From positions 1 through 34,821 of the forward strand of contig CALWAA010000001.1 in NCBI GenBank assembly GCA_944372725.1: a stretch of 34,821 nt of DNA, read 5' to 3'. The DNA comes from an uncultured Bacilli bacterium. GTDB taxonomy: Bacteria > Bacillota_I > Bacilli_A > RF39 > UBA660. The notes below the pieces were generated by a model, which saw nothing but the letters and a program-made list of their open reading frames with translations, was not told the origin of the DNA and searched no databases. Positions 16,239-24,717 of the stretch are shown here, piece by piece (positions within the stretch are counted from its first letter, which is position 1; every line of letters starts with the position of its first letter). The translations under genes were made by a program, and so were the position numbers.

Positions 16239-18246
16239 ATATTATTTAGAAAATTTAGATTGTGCTAATTGTGCTAAAAAAATAGAAGATGCAATAAAGG
16301 AAGATAAACGCTTTACGAATGTTGTCGTTAATTTTAGTACTTTGACTCTTAGTTTTAAAACAGACTTAGATAATCCTTTTAAAGAAATTTTTAAAATTAT
16401 TAAAAGGGTTGAACCAGATGTGTTAATATATAAAGAAAAGAAGGAAGAAAAAAAGAGCGATTTAGAAATTTTTAGATTTATTTTAGCTCTTATTGTTTTA
16501 GCAATTTCTTTCCTTATTTCCAATGAACTTATAAAGGAAATCATGCTTATTATTAGTTATGTATTACTTATGTATAAGACATTTATGAAAGCAATTAAAA
16601 AGATTATTAAATCGCATAATGTAGATGAAAATGCTTTAATTTGTATTTCCGCCATAGGGGCTTATATTCTGGGTGAACATATGGAAGGACTCATGGTACT
16701 TCTTTTATATGTGTTAGGTAAAATACTTGAAGATAAAGCAGTTAACAAGAGTCGTTCTTCCATTAAAGATTTAGTAGAATTAAAGGCTAGTTATGCTAAT
16801 TTGAAAGTAAATAAGCGAGTTACCAAAGTTAAAAGCGAAGATTTAAAAATAGGTGATATCATTGTTGTAAAAAAAGGTGAACTTATCCCTATTGATGGTC
16901 GTATTATTAAAGGATGCGCAACAGTTGATACTTCCGGACTTACAGGAGAGTCTGTTCTTAGAGAAATTAAGGAAGGCAAAGAGGTATTATCTGGATATAT
17001 TAATTTAGGAGAAGTAATTGAAGTGGAGGCTACCCATACTTATTTCGATAGTACAGCTTACAAAATATTAGAACTTACTTTAAATGCTACCAACAATAAA
17101 GCAAAGACGGAAACTTTTGTTTCAAAAATTGCTAGTTATTATACTCCAATTGTTCTTATCATTGCTATCTTAATTGGTGCTTTTTTACCACTTATAGCTA
17201 ATGTGAGTTATAGCGATAGTATTTACCGAGCTTTAACATTTTTAGTTATTTCTTGCCCATGTGCTATTGCTATTTCCGTTCCTTTGTCTTATTTTGCGGG
17301 TATTGGTATTAGTTCAAAGAAGAAAATACTTGTGAAAGGAAGTAATTATTTAGATGCTCTTACCAAGTGTGATACCATTGTTTTTGATAAGACAGGGACA
17401 CTTACAACAGGTTCTTTTAAATTACAAGAAGTTAAAGTTTACAACGATGATTTTACAAAAGATGAAATTCTTAAGTTAGCTAGTTTAGGCGAAACATTCT
17501 CCAATCATCCAATTGCTAAACTGATTTTGAAAGAAAATCATCAGAAATTAGATACCTCTCTTGTTTCTAATTTTAAAGAAATGGATGGTAAAGGGATTTC
17601 TTTTGATTATAAGAAAGACCATATTAAAGTTGGTACTGCTCGTTTTTGTGAGACTGATAAAGAAGGCAATAGTTTTGTTTCTTTAAATAATGAAGTAATT
17701 GGCAGCTTTATTTTTAATGATTACGTAAAAGATAATGTCAAAGAGGTAATTGGTCAGTTAAAAAAGAATGGTATCAAAACATACATGTTTACAGGAGATT
17801 ATGATTCCTTTGCTAAAGTTGTAGCATCTAGTGCAGGAATTGATGAATATAAAGCACAATTACTTCCCGATGAAAAGTTTAGAGAACTAGAGAGTTTACA
17901 AAAAAATCATCAAGTCATGTTTGTTGGAGATGGAATCAATGATGCTCCAAGTTTAGTACAGGCAGATGTTGGTATTAGTATGGGTAGTATTGGCAGCAAT
18001 AGTGCCATTGAGGCAAGTGATATTGTTATCATGAATGATGATTTAGAGGCTATTCCAACTATGCTTCGGATTGCTCATAAAACCAAAAGAATAATACTTG
18101 CTAATTTAATATTTTCTATTGGCATTAAAATCTTGATTTTAGTATTAGCTATGTTTGGTATTGTCCATATGGCCGCAGCTGTTTTCGCTGATACTGGCGT
18201 TACATTACTTGCTATTTTAAATTCACTTCGTATTTTAAAAGAATAA
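16222..18246 (+). CDS. heavy-metal (Cd/Zn/Co-type) translocating P1B-type ATPase
   Basis: HMA domain with CANC, TM CPC motif (SCPCAIAISVP), DKTGTLT phosphorylation site and GDGINDAP hinge. Start candidates are GTG 16216, ATG 16222 and TTG 16225. Confidence 0.93.
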   Translation: MLKSYKYYLENLDCANCAKKIEDAIKEDKRFTNVVVNFSTLTLSFKTDLDNPFKEIFKIIKRVEPDVLIYKEKKEEKKSDLEIFRFILALIVLAISFLISNELIKEIMLIISYVLLMYKTFMKAIKKIIKSHNVDENALICISAIGAYILGEHMEGLMVLLLYVLGKILEDKAVNKSRSSIKDLVELKASYANLKVNKRVTKVKSEDLKIGDIIVVKKGELIPIDGRIIKGCATVDTSGLTGESVLREIKEGKEVLSGYINLGEVIEVEATHTYFDSTAYKILELTLNATNNKAKTETFVSKIASYYTPIVLIIAILIGAFLPLIANVSYSDSIYRALTFLVISCPCAIAISVPLSYFAGIGISSKKKILVKGSNYLDALTKCDTIVFDKTGTLTTGSFKLQEVKVYNDDFTKDEILKLASLGETFSNHPIAKLILKENHQKLDTSLVSNFKEMDGKGISFDYKKDHIKVGTARFCETDKEGNSFVSLNNEVIGSFIFNDYVKDNVKEVIGQLKKNGIKTYMFTGDYDSFAKVVASSAGIDEYKAQLLPDEKFRELESLQKNHQVMFVGDGINDAPSLVQADVGISMGSIGSNSAIEASDIVIMNDDLEAIPTMLRIAHKTKRIILANLIFSIGIKILILVLAMFGIVHMAAAVFADTGVTLLAILNSLRILKE

Positions 18247-18597
18247 TTATTTTTTCAAAGCTTCAAGTTCTTCTTGAAGTTTTTTAACGGCAGTTAATAA
18301 AAAATCCACTTCGTTTCTTTGGGTTTGACTACTTTTGCCGTTATTTTTATAAAAACTTCCTCCAGATTTGTGTTCTTTACTATTAATGTTAATGTTAAAG
18401 TTTTCTAGTCTTGCTTCAATTAATTGTTGTTGGGAAGCGGCAGTTAACATAAATTCACCAACAAGCATAAGCCAGTTGCCAATACTTGATTGTTCGTAAG
18501 CATCAAAATCGCCCGCAAGTGCTGAACCTACTAGGCAAGCTAAAAAGGCATAAGCTTGGGGATTGATGTTAGGAGGAAAATTTGCTTCTTTATTCAT
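18247..18597 (-). CDS. hypothetical protein (116 aa) with a hydrophobic N-terminal half and a coiled-coil tail
   Basis: Strong RBS GGGAGGA 6 nt before the ATG. Its stop codon directly abuts the ATPase stop (18246/18247). No recognised motif. Confidence 0.7.
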   Translation of the reverse strand: MNKEANFPPNINPQAYAFLACLVGSALAGDFDAYEQSSIGNWLMLVGEFMLTAASQQQLIEARLENFNININSKEHKSGGSFYKNNGKSSQTQRNEVDFLLTAVKKLQEELEALKK

Positions 18598-18634
18598 TTA
18601 ATTCCTCCCATCTATTTCATTTTATTCTTGATAT

Positions 18635-18663
18635 TTGCAAAAAGTAGTAAAATATAATATAAT
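18635..18663 (+). promoter_or_regulatory. sigma-A-like promoter of the engB operon
   Basis: TTGCAA (18635-18640), a 17-nt spacer, then TATAAT (18658-18663). Confidence 0.5.
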
Positions 18664-18679
18664 GATATCGGTGAATATT

Positions 18680-19261
18680 ATGCAAATTGATACAGTTGAA
18701 TTAACGAGTTGTGCGGTTAGGACAAGTCAATATCCGGAAGAGGGAAAGCCAGAGTTTTTACTAGTAGGTAGAAGTAATGTTGGCAAATCAAGTTTTATTA
18801 ATACAATTATTAATCGGAAAAATTTTGCTCATACTTCTTCTAAACCAGGAAAAACCCAAACACTTAACTTTTATTTAATTAATAAAAAGTTTTATTTTGT
18901 AGATGTTCCAGGATATGGTTATGCTTCTGTAAGCTTTGAAAAACAAAGAAAATTTGGTGTGATGATAGAAGAATATTTAAAGTCTCGTGAGTCTTTAAAA
19001 TGTGTGTTTTTACTAATTGATTATCGTCATAAACCAACAGAAGATGATATTTTAATGTATGACTTTTTAAAATATTATAATTTAAATATCAAAGTGATTG
19101 CCACAAAATATGATAAAGTAGGTAAAAATGCCCGAGAAAAGCAAAATAAACTAATTAAAGATACTTTGAAATTAGGGGAAGGAGAAGATTTCATACCTTT
19201 TTCTACTGTTTCTAAAAAGGGTAGAGATGAGGTTTATGAAGTAATTAAAGGATTATTATGA
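18680..19261 (+). CDS. engB: ribosome biogenesis GTP-binding protein EngB/YsxC/YihA
   Basis: G1 GRSNVGKSS, G3 DVPGYGYA, G4 TKYDK. ATG 18680 follows GGTGA. The ORF-track start at 18635 is an upstream extension. Confidence 0.92.
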   Translation: MQIDTVELTSCAVRTSQYPEEGKPEFLLVGRSNVGKSSFINTIINRKNFAHTSSKPGKTQTLNFYLINKKFYFVDVPGYGYASVSFEKQRKFGVMIEEYLKSRESLKCVFLLIDYRHKPTEDDILMYDFLKYYNLNIKVIATKYDKVGKNAREKQNKLIKDTLKLGEGEDFIPFSTVSKKGRDEVYEVIKGLL

Positions 19262-19800
19262 TAAGTTTTAATAGAGAAAAAAATTTAGTGAATGATTATG
19301 TGGTTTTTGATTTAGAAACAACAGGTCTAGACCCTAAATTATCCCGTATTATTGAAATTGGAGCACTGAAATATAGAAATAATGAACTAGTAGAAGAACT
19401 TAGCATTTTAGTAAATCCAGGTTGTCCTATTCCTGATATTATTACAGCGATTACGGGAATTGATGATGATACAGTGAAAGATGCGATATCTATTGAAGAG
19501 GCACTTCCAAAATTTATTGCCTTTATTGAAGATTTACCACTTGTTGCCCATAATTCTCGCTTTGATTTATCTTTTATTGAAGAGAATATATTGGAATTGG
19601 GTTTACCAATGATTAAAAATACAAATATTGATACAGTTTATTTAGCTCGTAAATATATTAAAAATGTTTATAATCATAAATTAGAAACATTAAAAGATTA
19701 TTTTGGCCTTACTTATTCTTCTCATCGCAGTGTAGAAGACTGTCTTACCACCAATTATGTTTATCAATATTGTAAAAGTATGGCTTTAGTTAAGAATTAG
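19258..19800 (+). CDS. DEDDh 3'-5' exonuclease (DnaQ/epsilon-like)
   Basis: ExoI VVFDLETTGL, ExoII VAHNSRFDLSFI, ExoIII HRSVEDC. ATGA overlap with engB. Confidence 0.88.
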   Translation: MISFNREKNLVNDYVVFDLETTGLDPKLSRIIEIGALKYRNNELVEELSILVNPGCPIPDIITAITGIDDDTVKDAISIEEALPKFIAFIEDLPLVAHNSRFDLSFIEENILELGLPMIKNTNIDTVYLARKYIKNVYNHKLETLKDYFGLTYSSHRSVEDCLTTNYVYQYCKSMALVKN

Positions 19801-19801
19801 T

Positions 19802-20803
19802 ATGAAAACTAATAAGAGAATTAAGTCTTATAATAAAAAATATGTAGAACAACTAGAAGAAGCCTTAAGAATAGTTGAACCATATTTAATAGAGGCTTTT
19901 ACTAATTTTTATGGAGAAGAATATCAAAGTCAAATTAAATATACAATAGAAAACATAAAATATACTTATTTTTTATCTGAATCAATGTTTCAAGTTATAA
20001 AAAATAGAAGTTGTGGCGTAAGTCATAAAGATTATCATATCGTGAAATATTATATTCAATATTTAAGAAAAATAGACTTTAAATTTAATGGAATTGAAGA
20101 TTTAGATAAATTAGAACAGAAAGTTTTAAATGCTTTTATAGTAAAATCTTCCTTAGATAAAAATATGTGGCAGTATGCTCATTTTTTAGAATTATTAGAA
20201 AGTGATTGTCCTGTTTATTCCGTGGCAAGTGATGCGGAAGAACAAAATTTTTATAAATCTATTTTGTTACCTATCTTCGTTATTGATTTAGAAATCATTA
20301 TTCATGAAATTAATCACGCTTTAATGATTGATGTAATAGCTACAACTAAAGAAAAAGTTATTATGCCTAGTTTATTTACAACGGAAGAGTGTGATGAGCT
20401 ATTTAATGATTATATTGCTCATTTAGTATTAGAAGAGTATTTTAAGTTAAAAGCACCAATTCCTTACCCTCTTAGAAAATTTAAATTTATGAATGTTTAT
20501 GAAAATTATTTTTATTTAATAGAATTATTTTATTATGTTTTTGAAGAAGTTATAAAAAGAAGTATTATGACGAAAAATTTTAATTTATTATATGAATATG
20601 CCGGAAAAGAAAATTTTGATTTATTTTGTAATATGGTTCAAAAATATTATTTACAAGATGGGTGTAGTGAAGATGAATTTCAAGATTTACTAGACTTAGT
20701 GCAACAAATGAATGAACATGCTTTAGCAATTACACCAATTGATTATGAAAGTTATTTGAATGAATTAGAGAGTATGGGCGTAAAGGTGCGGAGGTTAAAA
20801 TGA
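19802..20803 (+). CDS. hypothetical protein with an HExxH motif (putative zinc metallopeptidase-like)
   Basis: IIIHEINHALMID contains HEINH. It starts 1 nt after the exonuclease stop and overlaps the next gene (ATGA). Confidence 0.7.
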   Translation: MKTNKRIKSYNKKYVEQLEEALRIVEPYLIEAFTNFYGEEYQSQIKYTIENIKYTYFLSESMFQVIKNRSCGVSHKDYHIVKYYIQYLRKIDFKFNGIEDLDKLEQKVLNAFIVKSSLDKNMWQYAHFLELLESDCPVYSVASDAEEQNFYKSILLPIFVIDLEIIIHEINHALMIDVIATTKEKVIMPSLFTTEECDELFNDYIAHLVLEEYFKLKAPIPYPLRKFKFMNVYENYFYLIELFYYVFEEVIKRSIMTKNFNLLYEYAGKENFDLFCNMVQKYYLQDGCSEDEFQDLLDLVQQMNEHALAITPIDYESYLNELESMGVKVRRLK

Positions 20804-21507
20804 AATGGATTCGAAAGCATAAGCTTTTATTAGCAATTATTATTCTCGTTATGGTTGGTATTAGTTTACCATTTATCTTTATTTTATATGAAAAATACAA
20901 ACCATATTATACAGCAGAGGATTTTAATATTACTACAATTATTAGTGAGGTAGATGCGAATGCTAATGGGGTAGATGATTATACAGATATTTTACTTGGG
21001 GCAAGAATGGATGCAGAAAATCATCCAACTTATGATGGCAGATATTGGGATACTGGCTATCCACCAGATGATATTGGCGTTTGTACAGATGTTATTTGGA
21101 GAGCTTTTAAAAATGCTGGATATAATTTAAGAGTAATGGTAGATAATGATATTGCTATTAGTAATGAAGAAGATTATCATATTAAATATCCGGATTCTAA
21201 TATTGATTTTCGAAGAGTGGGAAATTTAGAAGTATTTTTTAAGAAGTATGCTACTAATTTAACCTTAGATATTAATAAAATTGAAGAATGGCAACCTGGA
21301 GATATTGTTGTGTTTGATAGTAGGCATATCGGTATTATTAGTGATAAGAGAAATCGAGATGGAAAACCTTATGTCATCCATAATTCTGGTCAGCCTTTAA
21401 GGGAAGAAGATGTACTTCAAAAAAGAAGTGAGAAAGACCCTATTAGTGGTCACTTTAGATGGGATGCTTTGAAAATAGAGGATATATTAGTTTATTGGGA
21501 AGATTAG
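20800..21507 (+). CDS. membrane-anchored DUF1287-like protein
   Basis: GGAGG RBS and an N-terminal TM helix. GVCTDVIWRAFKNAGYNLRVMVDND ... PGDIVVFDSRHIGIISDKRNRDGKPYVIHN matches my recollection of the DUF1287 pattern. Confidence 0.8.
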   Translation: MKWIRKHKLLLAIIILVMVGISLPFIFILYEKYKPYYTAEDFNITTIISEVDANANGVDDYTDILLGARMDAENHPTYDGRYWDTGYPPDDIGVCTDVIWRAFKNAGYNLRVMVDNDIAISNEEDYHIKYPDSNIDFRRVGNLEVFFKKYATNLTLDINKIEEWQPGDIVVFDSRHIGIISDKRNRDGKPYVIHNSGQPLREEDVLQKRSEKDPISGHFRWDALKIEDILVYWED

Positions 21508-21508
21508 A

Positions 21509-21537
21509 TTGTTTTTTCTTTCCTTTTTTGATATACT
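21509..21537 (+). promoter_or_regulatory. sigma-A-like promoter
   Basis: TTGTTT (21509-21514), a 17-nt spacer, then TGaTATACT (-10 at 21532-21537). Confidence 0.45.
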
Positions 21538-21552
21538 AAAATAGAGGTAATT

Positions 21553-22443
21553 ATGGAAAAAGTTATTGTTGAAGTAGGGTCTACTGTTACTAAAGTGGAT
21601 TTATATGATGAAATTGATATTAAAAGAATAAAAGATAAAACAATTTTGTTTAAAAAACACTATCAAGAAAAGCAAGCTTTAGATAAAGAAGATGTTTATT
21701 TATTAATTGATTTGATAAAAGAAGTAAAGCAAAATTATAGAGATATTTATGTGTGTGGAACAAGTATTTTTAGAAAATTGAATGATGAAGAAAGAAAAGA
21801 ATTTTTAGATATTTTTAAGAGGGAAACTGGTTGTGAATTTCATATTATAGTTGAAGAAGAAGAAAATCATTTGACAGTTGAAGGTGCGACAAGATTTGTT
21901 CATGATAAAGTGTGTGTTATGATTGGTGGTGGTGGCTCTACCGAGATTGCTATTTATGAGGACAAAATTATAGAGGAAGCAAATACATCAATTGGTGTTA
22001 TCGATGTAGTAAATGCTTTTCCAGATTTAGCAGAAGATATTGCTTCTACATCTTTAGAAGAGGTTATGGCTTATATTAAGGAAAGACTAAAATTGCCTAA
22101 GTTAAAGGCCGATACTTTGATTTTGGCTGGTGGTGGCCATGAAAAATTTGCTAGAGAATCTGGCATCACTTATGAAAGTAATAAAGTTTATCAAGATAAT
22201 CAAGCACCAATTATGATGGATATTGATACAAGAAGAAAAGATACAAAACAATATTTTGAGGAGATTTCTCTTGATAAAATAAGAGAGAATTCTAATGACC
22301 CTGCTTGGTGGGATGCAACACGGGCTATGTGTGCTTTTGCTTTAGTAGTAGCAGAAGCAATTGAAGCAAAAGTGATTATCCCAACTGATATTTCCATGAC
22401 TTATGGTATTGTCGAAAATATTGATAAGGTAAATAAACTATGA
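21553..22443 (+). CDS. ASKHA-superfamily (Ppx/GppA- or sugar-kinase-like) protein
   Basis: Phosphate-1-like VEVGSTVTKV, phosphate-2-like IGGGGSTEIAIY, adenosine-like LILAGGGHEKFA. Confidence 0.7.
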   Translation: MEKVIVEVGSTVTKVDLYDEIDIKRIKDKTILFKKHYQEKQALDKEDVYLLIDLIKEVKQNYRDIYVCGTSIFRKLNDEERKEFLDIFKRETGCEFHIIVEEEENHLTVEGATRFVHDKVCVMIGGGGSTEIAIYEDKIIEEANTSIGVIDVVNAFPDLAEDIASTSLEEVMAYIKERLKLPKLKADTLILAGGGHEKFARESGITYESNKVYQDNQAPIMMDIDTRRKDTKQYFEEISLDKIRENSNDPAWWDATRAMCAFALVVAEAIEAKVIIPTDISMTYGIVENIDKVNKL

Positions 22444-22471
22444 TATAATTGGCATATTGTGGGGGATTTTC

Positions 22472-24340
22472 ATGATTACAGCAAGCGATAAGCTAAAAGT
22501 TACTCAATATGTTATGCAACATGCATCTGGTGACCTTTATTATGAAGATTTTAAAGAATTTATAAATAAGAAAAAGTGTTCTGATATTGATTTATTCTCT
22601 TTTTTTGTTTTTAATTGTGAAAATTATTTGCAGCATCAAATGGGAACTTATAAATCCTTTGTTAAATACATTGAGTTAATTGGCATTTTTATTCAAGTTA
22701 TTGCTCAAAATAAAATGGAAGTTAATAAAGATTTGTTAGAGAAAGTTTTTCATTTAAAAGAAAAGGTAGATAAACTTGAGAGTATAGACTATGCTCGTCA
22801 AAAAGAAGAATTGCAAGAAATTGGCACTTTTATAGAAGAAAATTTTGCTACTATTTTATCGCAAGAAGAAGTTATATTAACAAAAGAAGATTGCGTGATA
22901 AAACAAATGAAAAAAACTTTACAACATCAAGAGCAAACTATTTCTATGCAAAGCCAAGATTTAGAAAAGAAAAAGCAAAAGATAGAAGAACAACGAGAAA
23001 AATTACAAAATTTAAGAACTCAAAAATTAGAATTAGAAAATACCGTTCAGGAATTAGAAAGCACTAAAAAATATTTAGAAAGATTGCTAGAAGAATATCG
23101 GGAAAAACTAAGTGTTAATGAAGAATTAGTAAATGAATTAAAAGAAAAAGTGCTTCATTTAAATTCTAAGCTTTCTTCTTTAGATAAAAAATATCAAGAT
23201 TTAGAAAGTAAAATTAGAGTATTAGAACAGGAATTACAAGATAAAGAAGAAAGTCTTTATAGTGCAAGCACTCGTTTAGAAAATAGTTCGAATATTGATG
23301 CGATGCTTCGAAGCGAATTAGAACAAGCTTTGGCTAGAATAAGAGTTTTAGAATGTGAGAATGAAAAAAGAGCAAATATAGAAAAAATTGATGAGATTAT
23401 TTTGAAAAATTTGTATCTTACAGGACATCATATTTTGGATTTAAAAAATATTTTGAAACTTCAAGGTTTTTCTTTAACTTTTGAAGAAGTTGTGGAACGG
23501 ATTAAATTTTTAAGTTTGCAATTTTCCATTGACTCTTATGTCGAAAATGGTTTGTTTTACTATAAAATTTCTTCACCTGGTTTAAAGAAAGGAACTACTT
23601 ATGATTTAAGATTAGTTAACTTAGAAAATCTAAATCTTCTTTTGGTCGCAGATTACCATCTTGGAGAACATGCTTATTCACAATTTGAAGTTTTTGCTTC
23701 TATTTTAGATTATTGTAAGCAAGAGCATATTCGCAATGTCATTCATTTAGGAGATTTCTTTGATTTTAATCGTTATGCTAAAACGCCTTACACTTATGAA
23801 AAATTTTTAAAATATCAAGAATTAGTAGCACAAATTATTGAACAATTACCTTTTGATAGTCAAGTAAATCATTTGGTTTTAGGCGGTAATCATGATGAAG
23901 ACCATCTTAACTTAGGTGTGGATTTACTAAAACATTTTACCACCGAAAGACTGGATTTTAGTTTTCTTGGTTATCAAAATAGTATGCTTAATATTTCTTA
24001 TCATGATACAACAGTAGGCCGCTTTTTACTTAGTCATCCTTATAGACAAGTAGAGAGAAAAGATTTAGGACGGACAGTTAGTCGAATTATTTTTAAAAAT
24101 CAAATGAAATATAAACCAGATTTTACTTTTTTTGGACATCATCATGCCAGTTTTCTTGATATACAAAATAAATCATGTATTGTGCCATCTCTTACTTTAG
24201 ACCGCATTTACAATGGAGCTTGGCATGTTACATTGAATTTTAAGGATTCTTATCTTCATCAATTGTCTTTTAAACCACTAATTTTAGAAAGAAAACTGAT
24301 TCCAACGACGGAAATTTTATGTCAAGTTTCTAAACGCTGA
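22472..24340 (+). CDS. coiled-coil protein with a C-terminal calcineurin-like metallophosphoesterase domain
   Basis: A heptad-rich E/K/L/Q segment of about 150 aa (residues about 160-310), then the MPE motifs LLVADYHLGEH, HLGDFFD, LGGNHD and FFGHHHA. ATG 22472 follows GGGGGA. Confidence 0.8.
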   Translation: MITASDKLKVTQYVMQHASGDLYYEDFKEFINKKKCSDIDLFSFFVFNCENYLQHQMGTYKSFVKYIELIGIFIQVIAQNKMEVNKDLLEKVFHLKEKVDKLESIDYARQKEELQEIGTFIEENFATILSQEEVILTKEDCVIKQMKKTLQHQEQTISMQSQDLEKKKQKIEEQREKLQNLRTQKLELENTVQELESTKKYLERLLEEYREKLSVNEELVNELKEKVLHLNSKLSSLDKKYQDLESKIRVLEQELQDKEESLYSASTRLENSSNIDAMLRSELEQALARIRVLECENEKRANIEKIDEIILKNLYLTGHHILDLKNILKLQGFSLTFEEVVERIKFLSLQFSIDSYVENGLFYYKISSPGLKKGTTYDLRLVNLENLNLLLVADYHLGEHAYSQFEVFASILDYCKQEHIRNVIHLGDFFDFNRYAKTPYTYEKFLKYQELVAQIIEQLPFDSQVNHLVLGGNHDEDHLNLGVDLLKHFTTERLDFSFLGYQNSMLNISYHDTTVGRFLLSHPYRQVERKDLGRTVSRIIFKNQMKYKPDFTFFGHHHASFLDIQNKSCIVPSLTLDRIYNGAWHVTLNFKDSYLHQLSFKPLILERKLIPTTEILCQVSKR

Positions 24341-24358
24341 GAATTTCGTAAAATAATT

Positions 24359-24386
24359 TTGACAAATTGATATTTTGTGTTATAAT
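24359..24386 (+). promoter_or_regulatory. sigma-A-like promoter of the rimP-nusA-infB operon
   Basis: TTGACA (24359-24364), a 16-nt spacer, then TGtTATAAT (-10 at 24381-24386). Confidence 0.65.
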
Positions 24387-24401
24387 TAGATAGACAGATT
24401 T

Positions 24402-24438
24402 AAGTGGGCATAAAACTTCCCACTTTTATTATTATTTT
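24402..24438 (+). terminator. leader hairpin with U-rich tract (candidate attenuator) in the nusA operon 5' UTR
   Basis: AAGTGGG (24402-24408) pairs with CCCACTT (24419-24425) around a 10-nt loop, followed by TTATTATTATTTT. It lies between the promoter and the rimP RBS. Confidence 0.55.
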
Positions 24439-24450
24439 AAAGAGGTGTGT

Positions 24451-24717
24451 ATGAAAAAAAGTTTAGAAGAATTAGAAAAATTAATTAGAGAAGCGCTTGA
24501 AGAAAAAGAAATAATTGTTGATAGCGTCACATATGAAAAGAATAGTGGGAACTATAATGTTTTATCGGTTGTACTTGATAAGCTCGGCGGAATTGATTTA
24601 GATACGGTTGTAGAAGCAACTAATATTATCAATCCCATTGTAGATAAGTATGACTTAACCGATGATTCTTATATTTTAGATGTGACAAGCAAAGAAAGAG
24701 GGAAAGAAAATGAATAG
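24451..24717 (+). CDS. rimP: ribosome maturation factor RimP, N-terminal domain only (88 aa)
   Basis: GAGGTG RBS. The position upstream of nusA and the pattern ...VLSVVLDKLGGIDLDTVVEATNIINPIVDKYDLTDDSYILDVTS match the RimP N-domain up to the position of the EVSSPG motif. The ORF then stops, overlapping nusA by 8 nt. Confidence 0.7.
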   Translation: MKKSLEELEKLIREALEEKEIIVDSVTYEKNSGNYNVLSVVLDKLGGIDLDTVVEATNIINPIVDKYDLTDDSYILDVTSKERGKENE

